A stretch of 64,000 nt of DNA from Aestuariivirgaceae bacterium (lineage in GTDB: Bacteria; Pseudomonadota; Alphaproteobacteria; Rhizobiales; Aestuariivirgaceae). Position 1 is the first letter of the stretch, and every line of letters starts with the position of its first letter. The DNA lies in the NCBI GenBank assembly GCA_044870245.1, contig JBIOYR010000016.1, positions 16,817 to 80,816 on the forward strand, read 5' to 3'. Positions 18,478 to 29,011 of this stretch are shown here, piece after piece. The position numbers and the translations under genes were made by a program. The notes under the pieces were generated by a model. The model had not been told where the DNA came from. It did no database searches and saw only the letters and a list, made by a program, of their open reading frames with translations.

Positions 18478-18959
18478 CAGGTCCCTCCCCCCGAATCGAA
18501 GTCCAGATTGTCCGGCGGATCGAGCGCCACGGTGTCGATATCGACCGGTCCGGCGAGGAGCGACGGCAGGAGGTCGTCGGCGACACCGGCGGCGCCGAGC
18601 CACACGCCGACCGCCAGCGAAGCGGCGAGCGCCAGGGCGGCGGGCCATTCCTGCATCAGCTTCGGCATGGAACGGCGATAGGGGTGCACGGTCGCGTCAC
18701 GCTGCGGTGAAGAGGCGGCGCGGGAAAGCAGCTGGCGCGGATTCTGGGCGGGTGCGACGGGGGTCGGCAGCAGGGCAAGCAGGCGATCGACCAGGCGGGC
18801 GTCGCTTTCGCTCTCGAAGACATCGAGAAGCACGGCATCGCGATAGAGGAAACGCTCATGCCGCGGCCACTTCGCATAGTCGGCGCCATAGGCGGCGTAA
18901 AGCTGGCGGAGCCGCTCGAGGGCCTTTTCGTCGCTCTGGTTCATCGGATCGGACCTCAC
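18477..18959 (-). CDS. Putative membrane-anchored anti-sigma factor
   Basis: GTG start overlaps the sigma-factor stop (GTGA). Single TM (WPAALALAASLAVGVWLGAAG). Assignment rests on position directly after an ECF sigma; no ZAS motif. Confidence 0.45.
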   Translation of the reverse strand: MRSDPMNQSDEKALERLRQLYAAYGADYAKWPRHERFLYRDAVLLDVFESESDARLVDRLLALLPTPVAPAQNPRQLLSRAASSPQRDATVHPYRRSMPKLMQEWPAALALAASLAVGVWLGAAGVADDLLPSLLAGPVDIDTVALDPPDNLDFDSGGGT

Positions 18960-19594
18960 AGATCGGAAAATTCCGCCACCAGCTCCCTCCAGCGGTCGGC
19001 AAATGCCAGTTTCAAGCTGCGCCGGGCGCGCGCCAGCAGCGATTCGACGGCCTCGACGCTCACGCCCAGCGCCGCAGCTGCTTCAAGGTTGCCCAGACCT
19101 TCGAAATGCACAAGGACCAGCGCGGCACGCTGGCGGTCGGGCAGCGCCGCCACTGCCCTTGCCACCTCCGCCTCGAGGGCGGCCCGCCTGGCGCCGCGAT
19201 CGGCGGCCGCGTTCGGATCCACCAGCTCCGGCAGCTCGGCCGGCGATTCCGGCCGGCGCCGGCGCAACCGGTCGAGCGCGAGATTGGTGGCGACCCTGGC
19301 CAGCCAGGCGCCGATCGCCCGGCCGTCGCGGATCTGGCCCGGCGCCGTCCACGCCTTGAGGAACGCCTCCTGGGCAATGTCCTCGGCATCTGCCGGGCCG
19401 CCCAGAACCCGCCAGGCAATGCGGTAGACCCGGTCGAAATGACGCGCGATCAGCTCGGCGAAGGCCTGCTCGTCGCGGCGGATCAGCCGGACAAGCAGGT
19501 CGTCCCCGGCCCGCGACGAAACGGCCTCGGTCTTGGGGGGTGTCTCCGGTTCTGCCAAGGGCAAGGCCGCTCCCCAGTGCAATGCAAGATCCAT
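18956..19594 (-). CDS. ECF-type RNA polymerase sigma-70 factor
   Basis: Region 2 (DAEDIAQEAFLKAW...WLARVATNLALDRLRRR) and region 4 (LPDRQRAALVLVHFEGLGNLEAAAALGVSVEAVESLLARAR). Confidence 0.85.
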   Translation of the reverse strand: MDLALHWGAALPLAEPETPPKTEAVSSRAGDDLLVRLIRRDEQAFAELIARHFDRVYRIAWRVLGGPADAEDIAQEAFLKAWTAPGQIRDGRAIGAWLARVATNLALDRLRRRRPESPAELPELVDPNAAADRGARRAALEAEVARAVAALPDRQRAALVLVHFEGLGNLEAAAALGVSVEAVESLLARARRSLKLAFADRWRELVAEFSDL

Positions 19595-19616
19595 GAGCGA
19601 GGCCGCGCGTCACATC

Positions 19617-20087
19617 TCAGGGCTGTTCCCGCTTGCCCTTGGCGTCCTTGAGGGAGGTCCGCTTGGCCTTCGCGGCATGATAGGCCTGGGCTTCGGCCAG
19701 TGTCACGCCGCCATCATGGTCGCCATCGGCGGTTGCAAACAGCTGATCGAGAAAGCTGTCCAGCTCCTCCTTGGTGACGGCGCCGTCCTTGTCGAAATCC
19801 ATCCTCTCGAGAATGCGATCACGGCGGCGGTCCTGCAGCTTCTTGAGCCAGGTCTCGATCTCGCCGGTGGTGACCTTGCCGTCCTCATCCGTGTCGAGCC
19901 GGAGGAACCGACGCTCGGCCTTGGGCCGCATCTCGTCGATCGCCAGCCGACCGTCGGCATTTGCGTCGAGCCGGCCGAACAACCGCTCGCTCCGCGGAAT
20001 GCCGGGCTCGTTGGCGTGAGCAACCGAAACCGCCGACACGACCGCCAGCGCGGCCACCAGCAAAGGCACGAACTTGAACATGAACAT
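19617..20087 (-). CDS. Secreted EF-hand calcium-binding protein
   Basis: Signal peptide MFMFKFVPLLVAALAVVSAVSVAHA. Four canonical EF loops: DANADGRLAIDE, DTDEDGKVTTGE, DFDKDGAVTKEE, DGDHDGGVTLAE. Confidence 0.75.
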   Translation of the reverse strand: MFMFKFVPLLVAALAVVSAVSVAHANEPGIPRSERLFGRLDANADGRLAIDEMRPKAERRFLRLDTDEDGKVTTGEIETWLKKLQDRRRDRILERMDFDKDGAVTKEELDSFLDQLFATADGDHDGGVTLAEAQAYHAAKAKRTSLKDAKGKREQP

Positions 20088-20231
20088 CCTCCCCGGACTT
20101 CAAGAGCAGCAGCGGAATTGCCACCGCTCGTTGGTATGACGCGTACAAAGCGGCACTCCGTCGCTGGGCTGTCAAAAATGCAATCGCAGGTACTTGTGTG
20201 GGTTGCAATTATGGCGTGCAATAAGGGGTTC

Positions 20232-20588
20232 ATGACCAATGGACTCCCACGGGAAGAAGCCGATGCTAAATTCGAGGCGCTGGAAGCGCGGCTCGAAACG
20301 CGCCTCACTCAGCTCGATTCCAAGATCGAGCAGCGTTTTCTAACGCTCGACACGAAGATCGAAACGGCCGTTCTTCAGCTCAATTCCAAGATCGACTCCA
20401 AGTTCGATCTCATGCTGCTGGAGATACGTCATGTCGGCGAAATCGCTGTCGAAGCGCGGACGGCGGCCCGCAGCATCAAATGGAACATGCTCTTCGCCTC
20501 GCTGGGAACGCTCGGCGTGACATTGTCGATGGTTTTCGCCCTGTGGACAGTCGGCTACCAGATCGCCGATCTCATCAAGCCCCACTAG
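20232..20588 (+). CDS. Small coiled-coil protein with C-terminal TM anchor (118 aa)
   Basis: ATG 20232 is preceded by AAGGGG. Three 11-residue repeats (LDSKIEQRF, LDTKIETAV, LNSKIDSKF), then TM LFASLGTLGVTLSMVFALW. Only the 3' part of the 351-aa ORF is plausible, and it sits in an A/T-richer patch. Confidence 0.5.
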   Translation: MTNGLPREEADAKFEALEARLETRLTQLDSKIEQRFLTLDTKIETAVLQLNSKIDSKFDLMLLEIRHVGEIAVEARTAARSIKWNMLFASLGTLGVTLSMVFALWTVGYQIADLIKPH

Positions 20589-23524
20589 ACCTCCCCAATC
20601 AACCGCTCGAAGATGCGAGCGACGCGCTCCTCCGCCTCCATCACCGTTGCCTCGGCGGCATTGAAGTCAGGCACCATCGCCGCCTGCGCCACCAGCCGGC
20701 GCAACCCCTCGGGGGCCTTGGCCGGATCGAAGCGGTCGGTGACGCAGAGCCGCAGAAGCTGCGTGAGACGGCTGTAAAGCTGGCCCGCCTGCCTGAGGGT
20801 CTCGTAATCGGCGGGAGCAAGAAGCCCCGCGGCTGCCAGGCGCGACAGGGCACCGAGGGTGTTCTGGTCGAGCACGGCCGGGTTGTCAGCGGCATGCAGG
20901 ATCTGCAGCGCCTGGACGATGAACTCGATCTCGACCAAACCGCCTCGAGCATGTTTGAGATCCCACAGGCCACGGCCGCCGAACTCGCCAAGGAGGCGCC
21001 GGCGCATGTCGAGAATATCGGCCCGCGCCGTCGCGCCGTCACGGCGTGAGCACAGGGCTTCCCGCACCGACTGAAAGATCTCACCGACGAGATCGGGATC
21101 GCCGGCTACCACCCTGGCCCGCGTCAGGGCCAGCCTCTCCCACGTCCATGCGGACTCGCGATGGTAGCTGCGGAAACTGTCGAGATGGGTTGCCACCGGC
21201 CCCTTGTTGCCGGAGGGACGAAGCCTGAGATCGACATCATAAAGCCTTCCCTCACCCGTCATGGCGGAAATCGCGGCGATCAGGCGCTGGGTCAGGCGGG
21301 CGTAATATTGCCCGACACTGAGCGGGCGGGCACCGTCCGAGCCCTCGGCGCCCGGATGATGATCATAGATGAGGATCAGGTCGAGATCGGACGAGGCCGT
21401 CATCTCCCGGCCGCCGAGCTTGCCGAGTGCCAAGACAGCAGTGCGGCCCATCGGCACCCGCCCATGCTTGAGCGCCATCTCGCGTTCGACCGCTGAGAGC
21501 AGCGTGTCGATCAGGATCTCGGCGATGCCGGAAAAAGCGGCGCCAGCCTCGGCGGCACCCACCGTATCCGACAGCACGCGGACGCCGACCCGGAACATCT
21601 GCTCCTTGCCGATCACCCGCACCCGGTCCATCACCTCCTCGAGCGGAGCATTGCCGGGAACCGCGGCGGCAACCTGTCCCTCGATCTCCTCCTTCGGCGG
21701 CATGCGGGCGAAGAAACCGGGATCGAGAACGGCGTCGAGGACCTTCGGGCGATGCGCCAGCTCGAGCGCCAGTCGCGGCGCCGAGCCGAGGATTGTGGCG
21801 ATGAGATCGAGGAGCTGCGGATTGGCCCTGAGCAGCGAGAACAGCTGAACGCCGGCAGGGAGACCGGCAAGAAAACGGTCGAAGGAGATGAAGGCGAGGT
21901 CGGGGTCGCCGGTCCCGGCGAGTGCCGCCAGGAGCGCCGGCATCAACTCGGTCAGGAGCTCGCGGGCGCGCGCCGAGCGGGTGGCGGGATAGCGCCCGAA
22001 ATGCCAGCCGCGAACCGTTGCAGAGAGCTCGCTTGGCTGGCGGAAACCCATCCGGGCCAGGGTGGCGATTGTCTCGGGATCATCGCCGGCACCGGTGAAG
22101 ACAAGGCTGCCGGACTCGGCCGCGAGAGCGTCCGCCTCTTCGAACAGCGCCGCATAATGACGCTGCACCGTCTCGAAGGTTGCGCGCAGATCAGCGGCAA
22201 AGCCGGTCGCCTCGGCGTAGCCGCTCAACCGCGCCAGGCGTGCGAAGGCCACGGGATTGTCGGGGAGGTCCTGGGTCTGCTCGTCGTCGATCATCTGCAG
22301 GCGGTGCTCGATGCGGCGCAGGAACAGATAGGCCTGACGCAGCTCCGAAGCGGTTGCATCGGTGATCCAGCCTTCGCTCGCCAGCGCAGCCAGCATGTCG
22401 AGGGTGCGGCGGCCGCGCAAAGCGGGATTACGGCCGCCTGCGATGAGCTGCTGGGTCTGCACGAAGAATTCGATCTCGCGGATTCCGCCACGGCCGAGCT
22501 TCAGGTTGTGACCCTCGACAGCAATGGTGGCGTGGCCCTTGGCGGCATGGATCTGCCGCTTCATCGACTGCACATCGGCGATCGCCGCGAAGTCGAGATG
22601 CTTGCGCCAGATATAGGGCTCGAGCCGGTCGAGGACGTCCTCACCGCGATCGAGATCACCGGCACAGGGCCGGGCCTTGATCATGGCGGCGCGTTCCCAG
22701 TTCTGCCCCATATTCTCGTAATAGGTGGCGGCTGCCTCGACCGAGATCGCCACCTGGGTGGCGCGTGGGTCGGGCCGCAAGCGAAGATCGACACGCAAGG
22801 CATAACCCTTGTCGGTCACGTCCTGCAGGAGGCCGGCGAGCCTCTTGGTCAGCCTGACGAAGAACACCGCCGGTTCGTCGTTGCGGATGAGCGGCGCCGA
22901 CTTGGGATCGAACAGAACGATCAGGTCGATGTCGCTCGAGTAGTTGAGCTCGCCGGCCCCCTGCTTGCCCATCGCGAGCACGATGTAGCCGCTGTCCTTG
23001 CCGGGCATCGCCGGATCGGCAAGAGCGAGGCGACCGGCGCGCTCGGCGGCGAGCAGCAGATGATCGACGGTCGCGGCAACCGCGGCATCGGCGAACCGGG
23101 TCAAGGCAGTCATCACGGTCTCGCCGTCCCAGACGCCGCCGAGATCGGCCAGGGCGACCAACATCGCCAGCTCGCGTCGACGCAGCCTGAGAATGGTGCT
23201 CATGTCCTCGCCATCCTCGATGGCGAGGCCAGCGGCGCGAAGGCTGCGGCATAGCCGGTCGAGAAGGATCTCCGGCACCTCGCCTAAGCATTCGGCAGCG
23301 AAATCGGGATCGCCGGCGATGAGATCGCTGAGGAATGGCGCGCCCTGGGCGATCGAAGCGACCAGCCGGCGGGCAGGATCGTGTCGTTCGAGGATCGCCA
23401 GAAGCGCATTGCCCTGCGCCGCCTGCACCCGGTCGACAAGGCTCGTCAGCGAGGCGTCGTCGCCAGGCACCGACACCGGCGCAAGCCGGTCAAGCAGGGA
23501 GCGGCCTTCGGTCATTGGAAGCAC
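20585..23524 (-). CDS. glnE: Bifunctional glutamine synthetase adenylyltransferase/adenylyl-removing enzyme
   Basis: 979 aa with two nucleotidyltransferase halves (GKQGAGELNYSSDIDLIVLF and GKLGGREMTASSDLDLILIY). Confidence 0.95.
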   Translation of the reverse strand: MLPMTEGRSLLDRLAPVSVPGDDASLTSLVDRVQAAQGNALLAILERHDPARRLVASIAQGAPFLSDLIAGDPDFAAECLGEVPEILLDRLCRSLRAAGLAIEDGEDMSTILRLRRRELAMLVALADLGGVWDGETVMTALTRFADAAVAATVDHLLLAAERAGRLALADPAMPGKDSGYIVLAMGKQGAGELNYSSDIDLIVLFDPKSAPLIRNDEPAVFFVRLTKRLAGLLQDVTDKGYALRVDLRLRPDPRATQVAISVEAAATYYENMGQNWERAAMIKARPCAGDLDRGEDVLDRLEPYIWRKHLDFAAIADVQSMKRQIHAAKGHATIAVEGHNLKLGRGGIREIEFFVQTQQLIAGGRNPALRGRRTLDMLAALASEGWITDATASELRQAYLFLRRIEHRLQMIDDEQTQDLPDNPVAFARLARLSGYAEATGFAADLRATFETVQRHYAALFEEADALAAESGSLVFTGAGDDPETIATLARMGFRQPSELSATVRGWHFGRYPATRSARARELLTELMPALLAALAGTGDPDLAFISFDRFLAGLPAGVQLFSLLRANPQLLDLIATILGSAPRLALELAHRPKVLDAVLDPGFFARMPPKEEIEGQVAAAVPGNAPLEEVMDRVRVIGKEQMFRVGVRVLSDTVGAAEAGAAFSGIAEILIDTLLSAVEREMALKHGRVPMGRTAVLALGKLGGREMTASSDLDLILIYDHHPGAEGSDGARPLSVGQYYARLTQRLIAAISAMTGEGRLYDVDLRLRPSGNKGPVATHLDSFRSYHRESAWTWERLALTRARVVAGDPDLVGEIFQSVREALCSRRDGATARADILDMRRRLLGEFGGRGLWDLKHARGGLVEIEFIVQALQILHAADNPAVLDQNTLGALSRLAAAGLLAPADYETLRQAGQLYSRLTQLLRLCVTDRFDPAKAPEGLRRLVAQAAMVPDFNAAEATVMEAEERVARIFERLIGEV

Positions 23525-23528
23525 AGTC

Positions 23529-23975
23529 CTAGCCGATCAGGGCGCCGAGCGATACCGCCAGGGCTTCCGGCAGGCGGCGCGGCCGGCCGTTCGCGTCGAT
23601 TAAGGCAAGGGTAACCTCGGCGGTGAACAGGGTCTCATTTCCCCGCAGCACCGACTGGTCGAGCACGAGCCGGGCACCGCCGATCTCGGCGGGCCGGGTC
23701 ACGACATCGAGCAGGTCATCGATGATCGCCGGCTTGAGAAAGTCGCAATTCATCCGCCGCACCGCGAAGGCGAGCCCGGTGCGGCTCAGCTCGCGATGGG
23801 CAATGCCGATGACCCGCAGCATGTCGGAGCGGCCGCGCTCGCAGAATTTGAGATAATTGGCGTGGTAGACGATGCCGGAAAAATCAGTGTCCTCGTAATA
23901 GACGCGGACAGCGAGAACATGCCGACCCTCGACGATGCGGCCGGCAATGGCAGGGTCCATGCCGCTTTTGGTCAC
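23529..23975 (-). CDS. ybgC: YbgC-type acyl-CoA thioesterase (4HBT hotdog fold)
   Basis: [32 protein letters not shown] is the YbgC/4HBT signature. Lies directly after ruvB. Start is GTG 23975 or ATG 23960. Confidence 0.8.
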   Translation of the reverse strand: MTKSGMDPAIAGRIVEGRHVLAVRVYYEDTDFSGIVYHANYLKFCERGRSDMLRVIGIAHRELSRTGLAFAVRRMNCDFLKPAIIDDLLDVVTRPAEIGGARLVLDQSVLRGNETLFTAEVTLALIDANGRPRRLPEALAVSLGALIG

Positions 23976-25012
23976 GGCTCGTCATCGCCGAGAGACAGGC
24001 GCCCCTGCACGATGTCCGGCCGCTCGGGGACGGCAAGACCGAGATGGCGGAAGGCATGCGGCGTCAGCATCCGGCCGCGCGGCGTTCGGTTCACGAAGCC
24101 CTGCTGGATGAGATAGGGCTCGATGATTTCCTCGATGGCGTCGCGCGCCTCCGACAGCGAGGCAGCGATGGTGTCGACACCGACCGGACCACCGCCGAAA
24201 TTGATGGCGATGGCCCGGAGATAGCGGTGGTCCATGGCGTCGAGTCCACGGCTGTCGACCTCGAGCTTGAGCAGCGCCCGGTCGGCAAGATCGCGATCGA
24301 TCAGCGGCGCGCCGGCGACGGCGGCGAAATCCCGCAGGCGGCGCACCAAGCGGCCTGCGATGCGGGGTGTGCCACGCGATCGCCGCGCCACCTCGCGGGC
24401 GCCGTCCTCGCTCATCTCGATGCCGAGCACCCTGGCACCACGGCGAACGATCGAGAGCAGCTCGTCGTCGCTGTAGAAATCGAGCCTGACCGGGATGCCG
24501 AAGCGGTCGCGCAGCGGCGTGGTGAGGAGACCGGTGCGGGTGGTGGCGCCGATCAGGGTGAAGCGGGCAAGCTCGATCCGGACCGAGCGGGCGGCCGGGC
24601 CTTCGCCAATGATCAGGTCGAGCTGGAAATCCTCCATTGCCGGGTAGAGGATCTCCTCGACCGCCGGATTGAGCCGATGGATCTCGTCGATGAACAGGAC
24701 GTCACGCTCCTCGAGATTGGTGAGGAGCGCGGCGAGATCGCCGGCGCGGGCGATCACCGGGCCGGAGGTGGCGCGGAAGTTCACCCCGAGCTCGCGGGCC
24801 ACGATCTGCGCGAGCGTTGTCTTGCCGAGACCCGGCGGGCCGGCGAAGAGGACGTGGTCGAGGGCCTCGCCGCGGGCGCGGGCGGCGGCGATGAAGATCT
24901 CGAGATTGGACCTCGCCTTGGCCTGGCCGACGAACTCGGCGAGGCGCTGCGGACGCAATTGCCGATCGGCATCGTCGTCGCCGCGGGGGCTGCCATCGAC
25001 CAGACGGGTCAT
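23972..25012 (-). CDS. ruvB: Holliday junction helicase RuvB
   Basis: Walker [18 protein letters not shown], and a conserved RuvB C-terminus. Confidence 0.97.
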   Translation of the reverse strand: MTRLVDGSPRGDDDADRQLRPQRLAEFVGQAKARSNLEIFIAAARARGEALDHVLFAGPPGLGKTTLAQIVARELGVNFRATSGPVIARAGDLAALLTNLEERDVLFIDEIHRLNPAVEEILYPAMEDFQLDLIIGEGPAARSVRIELARFTLIGATTRTGLLTTPLRDRFGIPVRLDFYSDDELLSIVRRGARVLGIEMSEDGAREVARRSRGTPRIAGRLVRRLRDFAAVAGAPLIDRDLADRALLKLEVDSRGLDAMDHRYLRAIAINFGGGPVGVDTIAASLSEARDAIEEIIEPYLIQQGFVNRTPRGRMLTPHAFRHLGLAVPERPDIVQGRLSLGDDEP

Positions 25013-25626
25013 GGTGCTGCGAGCTCGCGCAGCGCGAGGCGGATCAGTCGCTCGGCGCCCGCCTCAGGGCCTGCCGCCTGGATGGCGACGCTCACCGCGG
25101 CGCCGGCCTGAGCCTGGCCATAGCCGAGATTGACAAGCGCCGAGACGGCATCGGCAGCGGCGCGCGGCGGCACTGCCGGGGTCTGGCCCTCGATCCTGGC
25201 CATGGCCGGATCAGCGATCTGAAGTGCCGGCGCCTTGTCCTTGAGCTCCGATATGATGCGCTGGGCAAGCTTCGGTCCGACTCCGGGACTCCTGCCGATC
25301 ATCGTCTTGTCGCCAAAGGCGATGGCCGAGGCAAGCTCGCCGGTGCTGAGCGTCGACAGGACGGCGATGGCGACGCGGGTGCCGACACCCTGGACATTGT
25401 CGAGCAGCCTGAACCAGGCGCGCTCCGCCTCGGTGGCGAAGCCCACCAGCCTGATCGCGTTCTCCGAAACCAGCATCTCGGTGAAGAGCCTGCCCATCTC
25501 GCCGACCCGCGGCAGGGCCGCCAGGGTTCGCGACGAGCAGGTGACATGATAGCCGACGCCACCGACGTCGAGGACGACCCCGTCATCCTCATAGGCCTCG
25601 ATCCGACCCTTGAGCAGCGCGATCAT
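25009..25626 (-). CDS. ruvA: Holliday junction DNA-binding protein RuvA
   Basis: MIALLKGRI...[11 protein letters not shown], two HhH motifs ([17 protein letters not shown]). Overlaps the ruvB start. Confidence 0.95.
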   Translation of the reverse strand: MIALLKGRIEAYEDDGVVLDVGGVGYHVTCSSRTLAALPRVGEMGRLFTEMLVSENAIRLVGFATEAERAWFRLLDNVQGVGTRVAIAVLSTLSTGELASAIAFGDKTMIGRSPGVGPKLAQRIISELKDKAPALQIADPAMARIEGQTPAVPPRAAADAVSALVNLGYGQAQAGAAVSVAIQAAGPEAGAERLIRLALRELAAP

Positions 25627-25629
25627 CGC

Positions 25630-26124
25630 TCAGACCTTCAGCCGCACGGCCATGTGGTGAGCATGGCAGATCGCCACCGCCAGGGCATCGGCGGCGTCGC
25701 TGCTGTCCGGGCGCGACTTCGGCAGGAGCAGCCGCACCATCCGGGTGACCTGCTCCTTCTCGGCATGGCCAGCCCCCACCACCGCCTTCTTGACGACGTT
25801 CGGGGCATATTCCGCCACCGGCAGCCCGCGCATGGCGGGAACGATCAAGGCGACGGCGCGGGCATGACCGAGCTTGAGGGTGGCGCGGGCATTCCGGTTG
25901 ACGAAAGTCTCCTCGACCGCCGCCTCATGCGGGACAAAGGCGGCGAGCACCGCCTCGAGCCCGTCCTTCAGCTCGACCAGCCGGTCGGCGAGCGAGCGGC
26001 ATTCGTTCGGGCTTACCATGCCATCGGCAATGTGGCTGAGCCGGGTTCCGTCACGCTCGATGACGCCCCAGCCGGTGCGCCTGAGCCCCGGATCGATGCC
26101 GATGATGCGAATCGCCTGCCCCAT
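25630..26124 (-). CDS. ruvC: Crossover junction endodeoxyribonuclease RuvC
   Basis: Internal start [22 protein letters not shown] (residue 57 of the ORF), giving a 164-aa product of canonical size. Confidence 0.92.
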   Translation of the reverse strand: MGQAIRIIGIDPGLRRTGWGVIERDGTRLSHIADGMVSPNECRSLADRLVELKDGLEAVLAAFVPHEAAVEETFVNRNARATLKLGHARAVALIVPAMRGLPVAEYAPNVVKKAVVGAGHAEKEQVTRMVRLLLPKSRPDSSDAADALAVAICHAHHMAVRLKV

Positions 26125-26138
26125 GCCATGAGCATAGC

Positions 26139-26888
26139 TCAAGCCGCGGTCAGCCGCGCCATCACATCGTCCGAGACCTCGAAATTGGTGTAGACATTCT
26201 GGACGTCGTCGTCGTCCTCGATGGCGGCGAGGAGCTTCACCAAGGATTGCGCCCCTTCCTCGTCGAGCGGGGCGCTCATCTTGGGGCGCCACACCGCCTT
26301 GACCGACAGCGGCTGGCCGAGCCGTGCCTCGAGGCGGGCGGCGACCTCGCCGAGCTCTTCGAAGCCGCAGGTCACGACATGGCCCGCGTCATCGCTCGTC
26401 GTGTCGCTGGCGCCTGCTTCGATCGCCGCCTCGAGCACCTGATCGGCGGAACCCGATTCCTCCGCGTAGGTGATCTCGCCGACGCGATCGAACATGAAGG
26501 CGACGGAATTGGTCTCGCCGAGATTGCCGCCATATTTGGTGAAATAGGAGCGCACCGCCCCGGCGGTGCGGTTGCGGTTGTCGGTCAGCGCCTCGACGAT
26601 CAGCGCGACGCCCCCTGGGCCGTAGCCCTCATAGCGGATCGTCTCATAGGCTTCCGCCTCATTGCCCGACGCCTTCTTGATGGCGCGCTCGATATTGTCC
26701 TTCGGCATCGACTGGGCGCGGGCATTCTGGATGGCCAGCCGCAATCGCGCATTCATGGCGGGGTCGGGCAGGCCCTGGCGGGCGGCCACGGTGATCTCGC
26801 GCGCCAGCTTGGAGAACAGCTTGGCGCGCACTGCGTCCTGCTTCCCCTTGCGATGCATGATGTTCTTGAATTGGGAATGACCGGCCAT
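26139..26888 (-). CDS. yebC: YebC/PmpR-family DNA-binding transcriptional regulator
   Basis: [32 protein letters not shown] is the family N-terminus. Internal start at residue 13 of the ORF. Confidence 0.92.
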   Translation of the reverse strand: MAGHSQFKNIMHRKGKQDAVRAKLFSKLAREITVAARQGLPDPAMNARLRLAIQNARAQSMPKDNIERAIKKASGNEAEAYETIRYEGYGPGGVALIVEALTDNRNRTAGAVRSYFTKYGGNLGETNSVAFMFDRVGEITYAEESGSADQVLEAAIEAGASDTTSDDAGHVVTCGFEELGEVAARLEARLGQPLSVKAVWRPKMSAPLDEEGAQSLVKLLAAIEDDDDVQNVYTNFEVSDDVMARLTAA

Positions 26889-26917
26889 GGCGTCCTCGGC
26901 AGTTTTCGTCTTCCACT

Positions 26918-27733
26918 CTACCACTCCGGCCAGGCCGGTTCGAGCCGCCCGCCAATCCTGACCGGCGCCACCGCGAGGGCGAGCCCGGTTTCGTCATCCG
27001 TCAGGACGGCAATCCCGGTCACCGTGGCGGGGCCGGTCGCCGGGGTGAAGCGGCCAAGCGGAATCTTGCGGAGAAAGCGGTTGAGCGGCTCCTCCTTGTC
27101 CATGCCGATCACCGAATCATAATCGCCGCACATGCCGGCATCGGTGACATAGGCGGTGCCGCCATCGAGGATCCGGTGGTCGGAAGTCGGCACATGGGTG
27201 TGGGTCCCGACCATCAGGCTGGTGCGGCCGTCGACATAGTGGCCAAGCGCCATTTTCTCCGATGTCAGCTCAGCGTGGAAATCGACGAGCGAGGCGTCAC
27301 AGCCGGTCTTGAGCGGGCAACTGTCGAGCTCCTGATCGACCGCGGCGAAGGGGTCGGCCAGCGCTTCCATCTTGGCGACGCCCATGACATTGATCACCAG
27401 CACCCGGCCGCCATTGCGGGCGGTGAAGATGCCGGCACCCCTGCCCGGCGTTCCTTTGGGATAGTTGAGCGGCCGCAGGAGGTTGTCGACGCGCTCGATG
27501 AAGACCAGCGCCTCGCGCTGGTCGAAGGCGTGATTGCCGAGGGTGATGACATCGACGCCGGCATCGATCAGCGCCTCATGGATCGCCTCGGTGATGCCGA
27601 AACCGCCGGCGGCGTTCTCGCCGTTCAGCACCACGAGATCGGGGGCAAGCCGCTGGCGCATGCCGGGCAGCTCGCGGATGACCGCCTCTCGGCCGGACCG
27701 GCCGACGACATCGCCAAGGAACAAAAGCCGCAT
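26918..27733 (-). CDS. YmdB-like metallophosphoesterase (TIGR00282 family)
   Basis: [15 protein letters not shown]...[15 protein letters not shown]...GNHAFD motifs. Confidence 0.8.
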   Translation of the reverse strand: MRLLFLGDVVGRSGREAVIRELPGMRQRLAPDLVVLNGENAAGGFGITEAIHEALIDAGVDVITLGNHAFDQREALVFIERVDNLLRPLNYPKGTPGRGAGIFTARNGGRVLVINVMGVAKMEALADPFAAVDQELDSCPLKTGCDASLVDFHAELTSEKMALGHYVDGRTSLMVGTHTHVPTSDHRILDGGTAYVTDAGMCGDYDSVIGMDKEEPLNRFLRKIPLGRFTPATGPATVTGIAVLTDDETGLALAVAPVRIGGRLEPAWPEW

Positions 27734-27757
27734 TCAGGACGCCTGGTGGATTGGCTG

Positions 27758-28372
27758 TTACGACGAGGGCTGGAACACGCCCAGCTCGGTCATGATCCAG
27801 TCGAGCGGCTGGTCATAGCGCCCGCGAGGCACCGCAGCAACCTCCTGCGCTGCATAAGCGATGCCGATTGCCACCACCGGCTTCAATTGGCGCAGCCGCT
27901 CGACGGTGCGGTCGTAGAAGCCGCCGCCATAACCCAGGCGAAATCCGGCGCGGTCAAAGGCCAGCATCGGCACCAGCAGCACGTCGGGCAGAATCTCGGC
28001 CGCCGCCTCATGGGGCACCGGGATGCCGAAGCGGCCGGGAACGGTCGGCTCGCCGGGGGTCCAGCGGCGGAATGTCAGCGGAGCGTGGTCGGTGGTGACC
28101 ACCGGCAGCGCGGTGCCCCAGCCGTCGCCCGCAAGGCGCGCCAGGAGCGGGATGACGTCGATCTCGGTGCGGAAGGAGGTGAAGCCCGAGACGGCACCGG
28201 GAGTGTGAGGCTCGAGGAAGGCGAGGCCACGGGCGGCGAGCGCCGCGGCGGCCAAGGCGCCCGATTCGACATGGGCGGCGGCGCGGCGCTGCTCGGCGCT
28301 CCGGCGGGCGTGGCGTTTCGCTTCGGCGAGTTCGTTCACGGAAGCCGGGGAACCAAGCTCGCCAATGCTCAT
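27758..28372 (-). CDS. 5-formyltetrahydrofolate cyclo-ligase
   Basis: Internal start MSIGEL (cat 28370-28372). C-terminal [24 protein letters not shown] motif. Sits downstream of zapA as ygfA does. Confidence 0.8.
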   Translation of the reverse strand: MSIGELGSPASVNELAEAKRHARRSAEQRRAAAHVESGALAAAALAARGLAFLEPHTPGAVSGFTSFRTEIDVIPLLARLAGDGWGTALPVVTTDHAPLTFRRWTPGEPTVPGRFGIPVPHEAAAEILPDVLLVPMLAFDRAGFRLGYGGGFYDRTVERLRQLKPVVAIGIAYAAQEVAAVPRGRYDQPLDWIMTELGVFQPSS

Positions 28373-28385
28373 CACCTGATACCCC

Positions 28386-28572
28386 GAAGGCCGAAAGCGA
28401 GAGAAGCGGCGGGCCGCCATGGCCGTGGGAGGGGTCGATCCCGGGTCCCTACTTTCGTAGGTGGGCGCCGTGTGACGAAGACCAGGGTCAAAGTCAGGGA
28501 CAGCTCCCGATTGGAGATCAACATAGGCCCCTGGGAATGCGTTCTCCTCACGCACCGGGCAGCTCGCCTAAA
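28386..28572 (-). ncRNA. ssrS: Probable 6S RNA
   Basis: A 255-bp non-coding gap lies between zapA and the 5-FCL gene, the conserved zapA-ssrS-ygfA position. The 5' GCGUGAGGAGAACGC can pair with the 3' GCCGCUUCUCUCGC as a long closing stem. Possible TTGCCT-N17-TAATTA promoter upstream. Ends are approximate. Confidence 0.5.
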
Positions 28573-28627
28573 AGAACTAATTAGGCGTGGGCTGTGCGGG
28601 AGGCAAGTGGGGTCGGAGCGTCATGCA

Positions 28628-28993
28628 CTAGGCCTGTCCCCGTCCACGGGTCTCGCGCGCCAGCTGCTCGAGCCGCCGGGCTGCGGCATCGAGGCGCTGC
28701 GCTACCTTGTCCTCCTGGATGCGAGCGCCAAGGCTCGGCCCGCGCTGATCGCCCAAGCGGCGAATATGATCCCTCAGCCCCTCCATCTCGCGGCGGGCCT
28801 CGACCAGCCGGTCGGAAATGACGAGACCGGCCATCATGAGGAGCCGAATATCGCCGACATTGCCGACCGCATCGCGAATGCGGGCCACCTCCTCGTCAAG
28901 CATGAGCGCGAGCGAGGTCAGATGCTCCTCCTCACCATCGTTGCACTGCATGGTGTAGGGCCGCCCGTTCACCTCGATGACCACCTGGGCCAT
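28628..28993 (-). CDS. zapA: Cell division protein ZapA
   Basis: [29 protein letters not shown]...[14 protein letters not shown] fits the ZapA family pattern. Confidence 0.85.
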   Translation of the reverse strand: MAQVVIEVNGRPYTMQCNDGEEEHLTSLALMLDEEVARIRDAVGNVGDIRLLMMAGLVISDRLVEARREMEGLRDHIRRLGDQRGPSLGARIQEDKVAQRLDAAARRLEQLARETRGRGQA

Positions 28994-29011
28994 TCCGCTC
29001 CCCTTTCGAAC

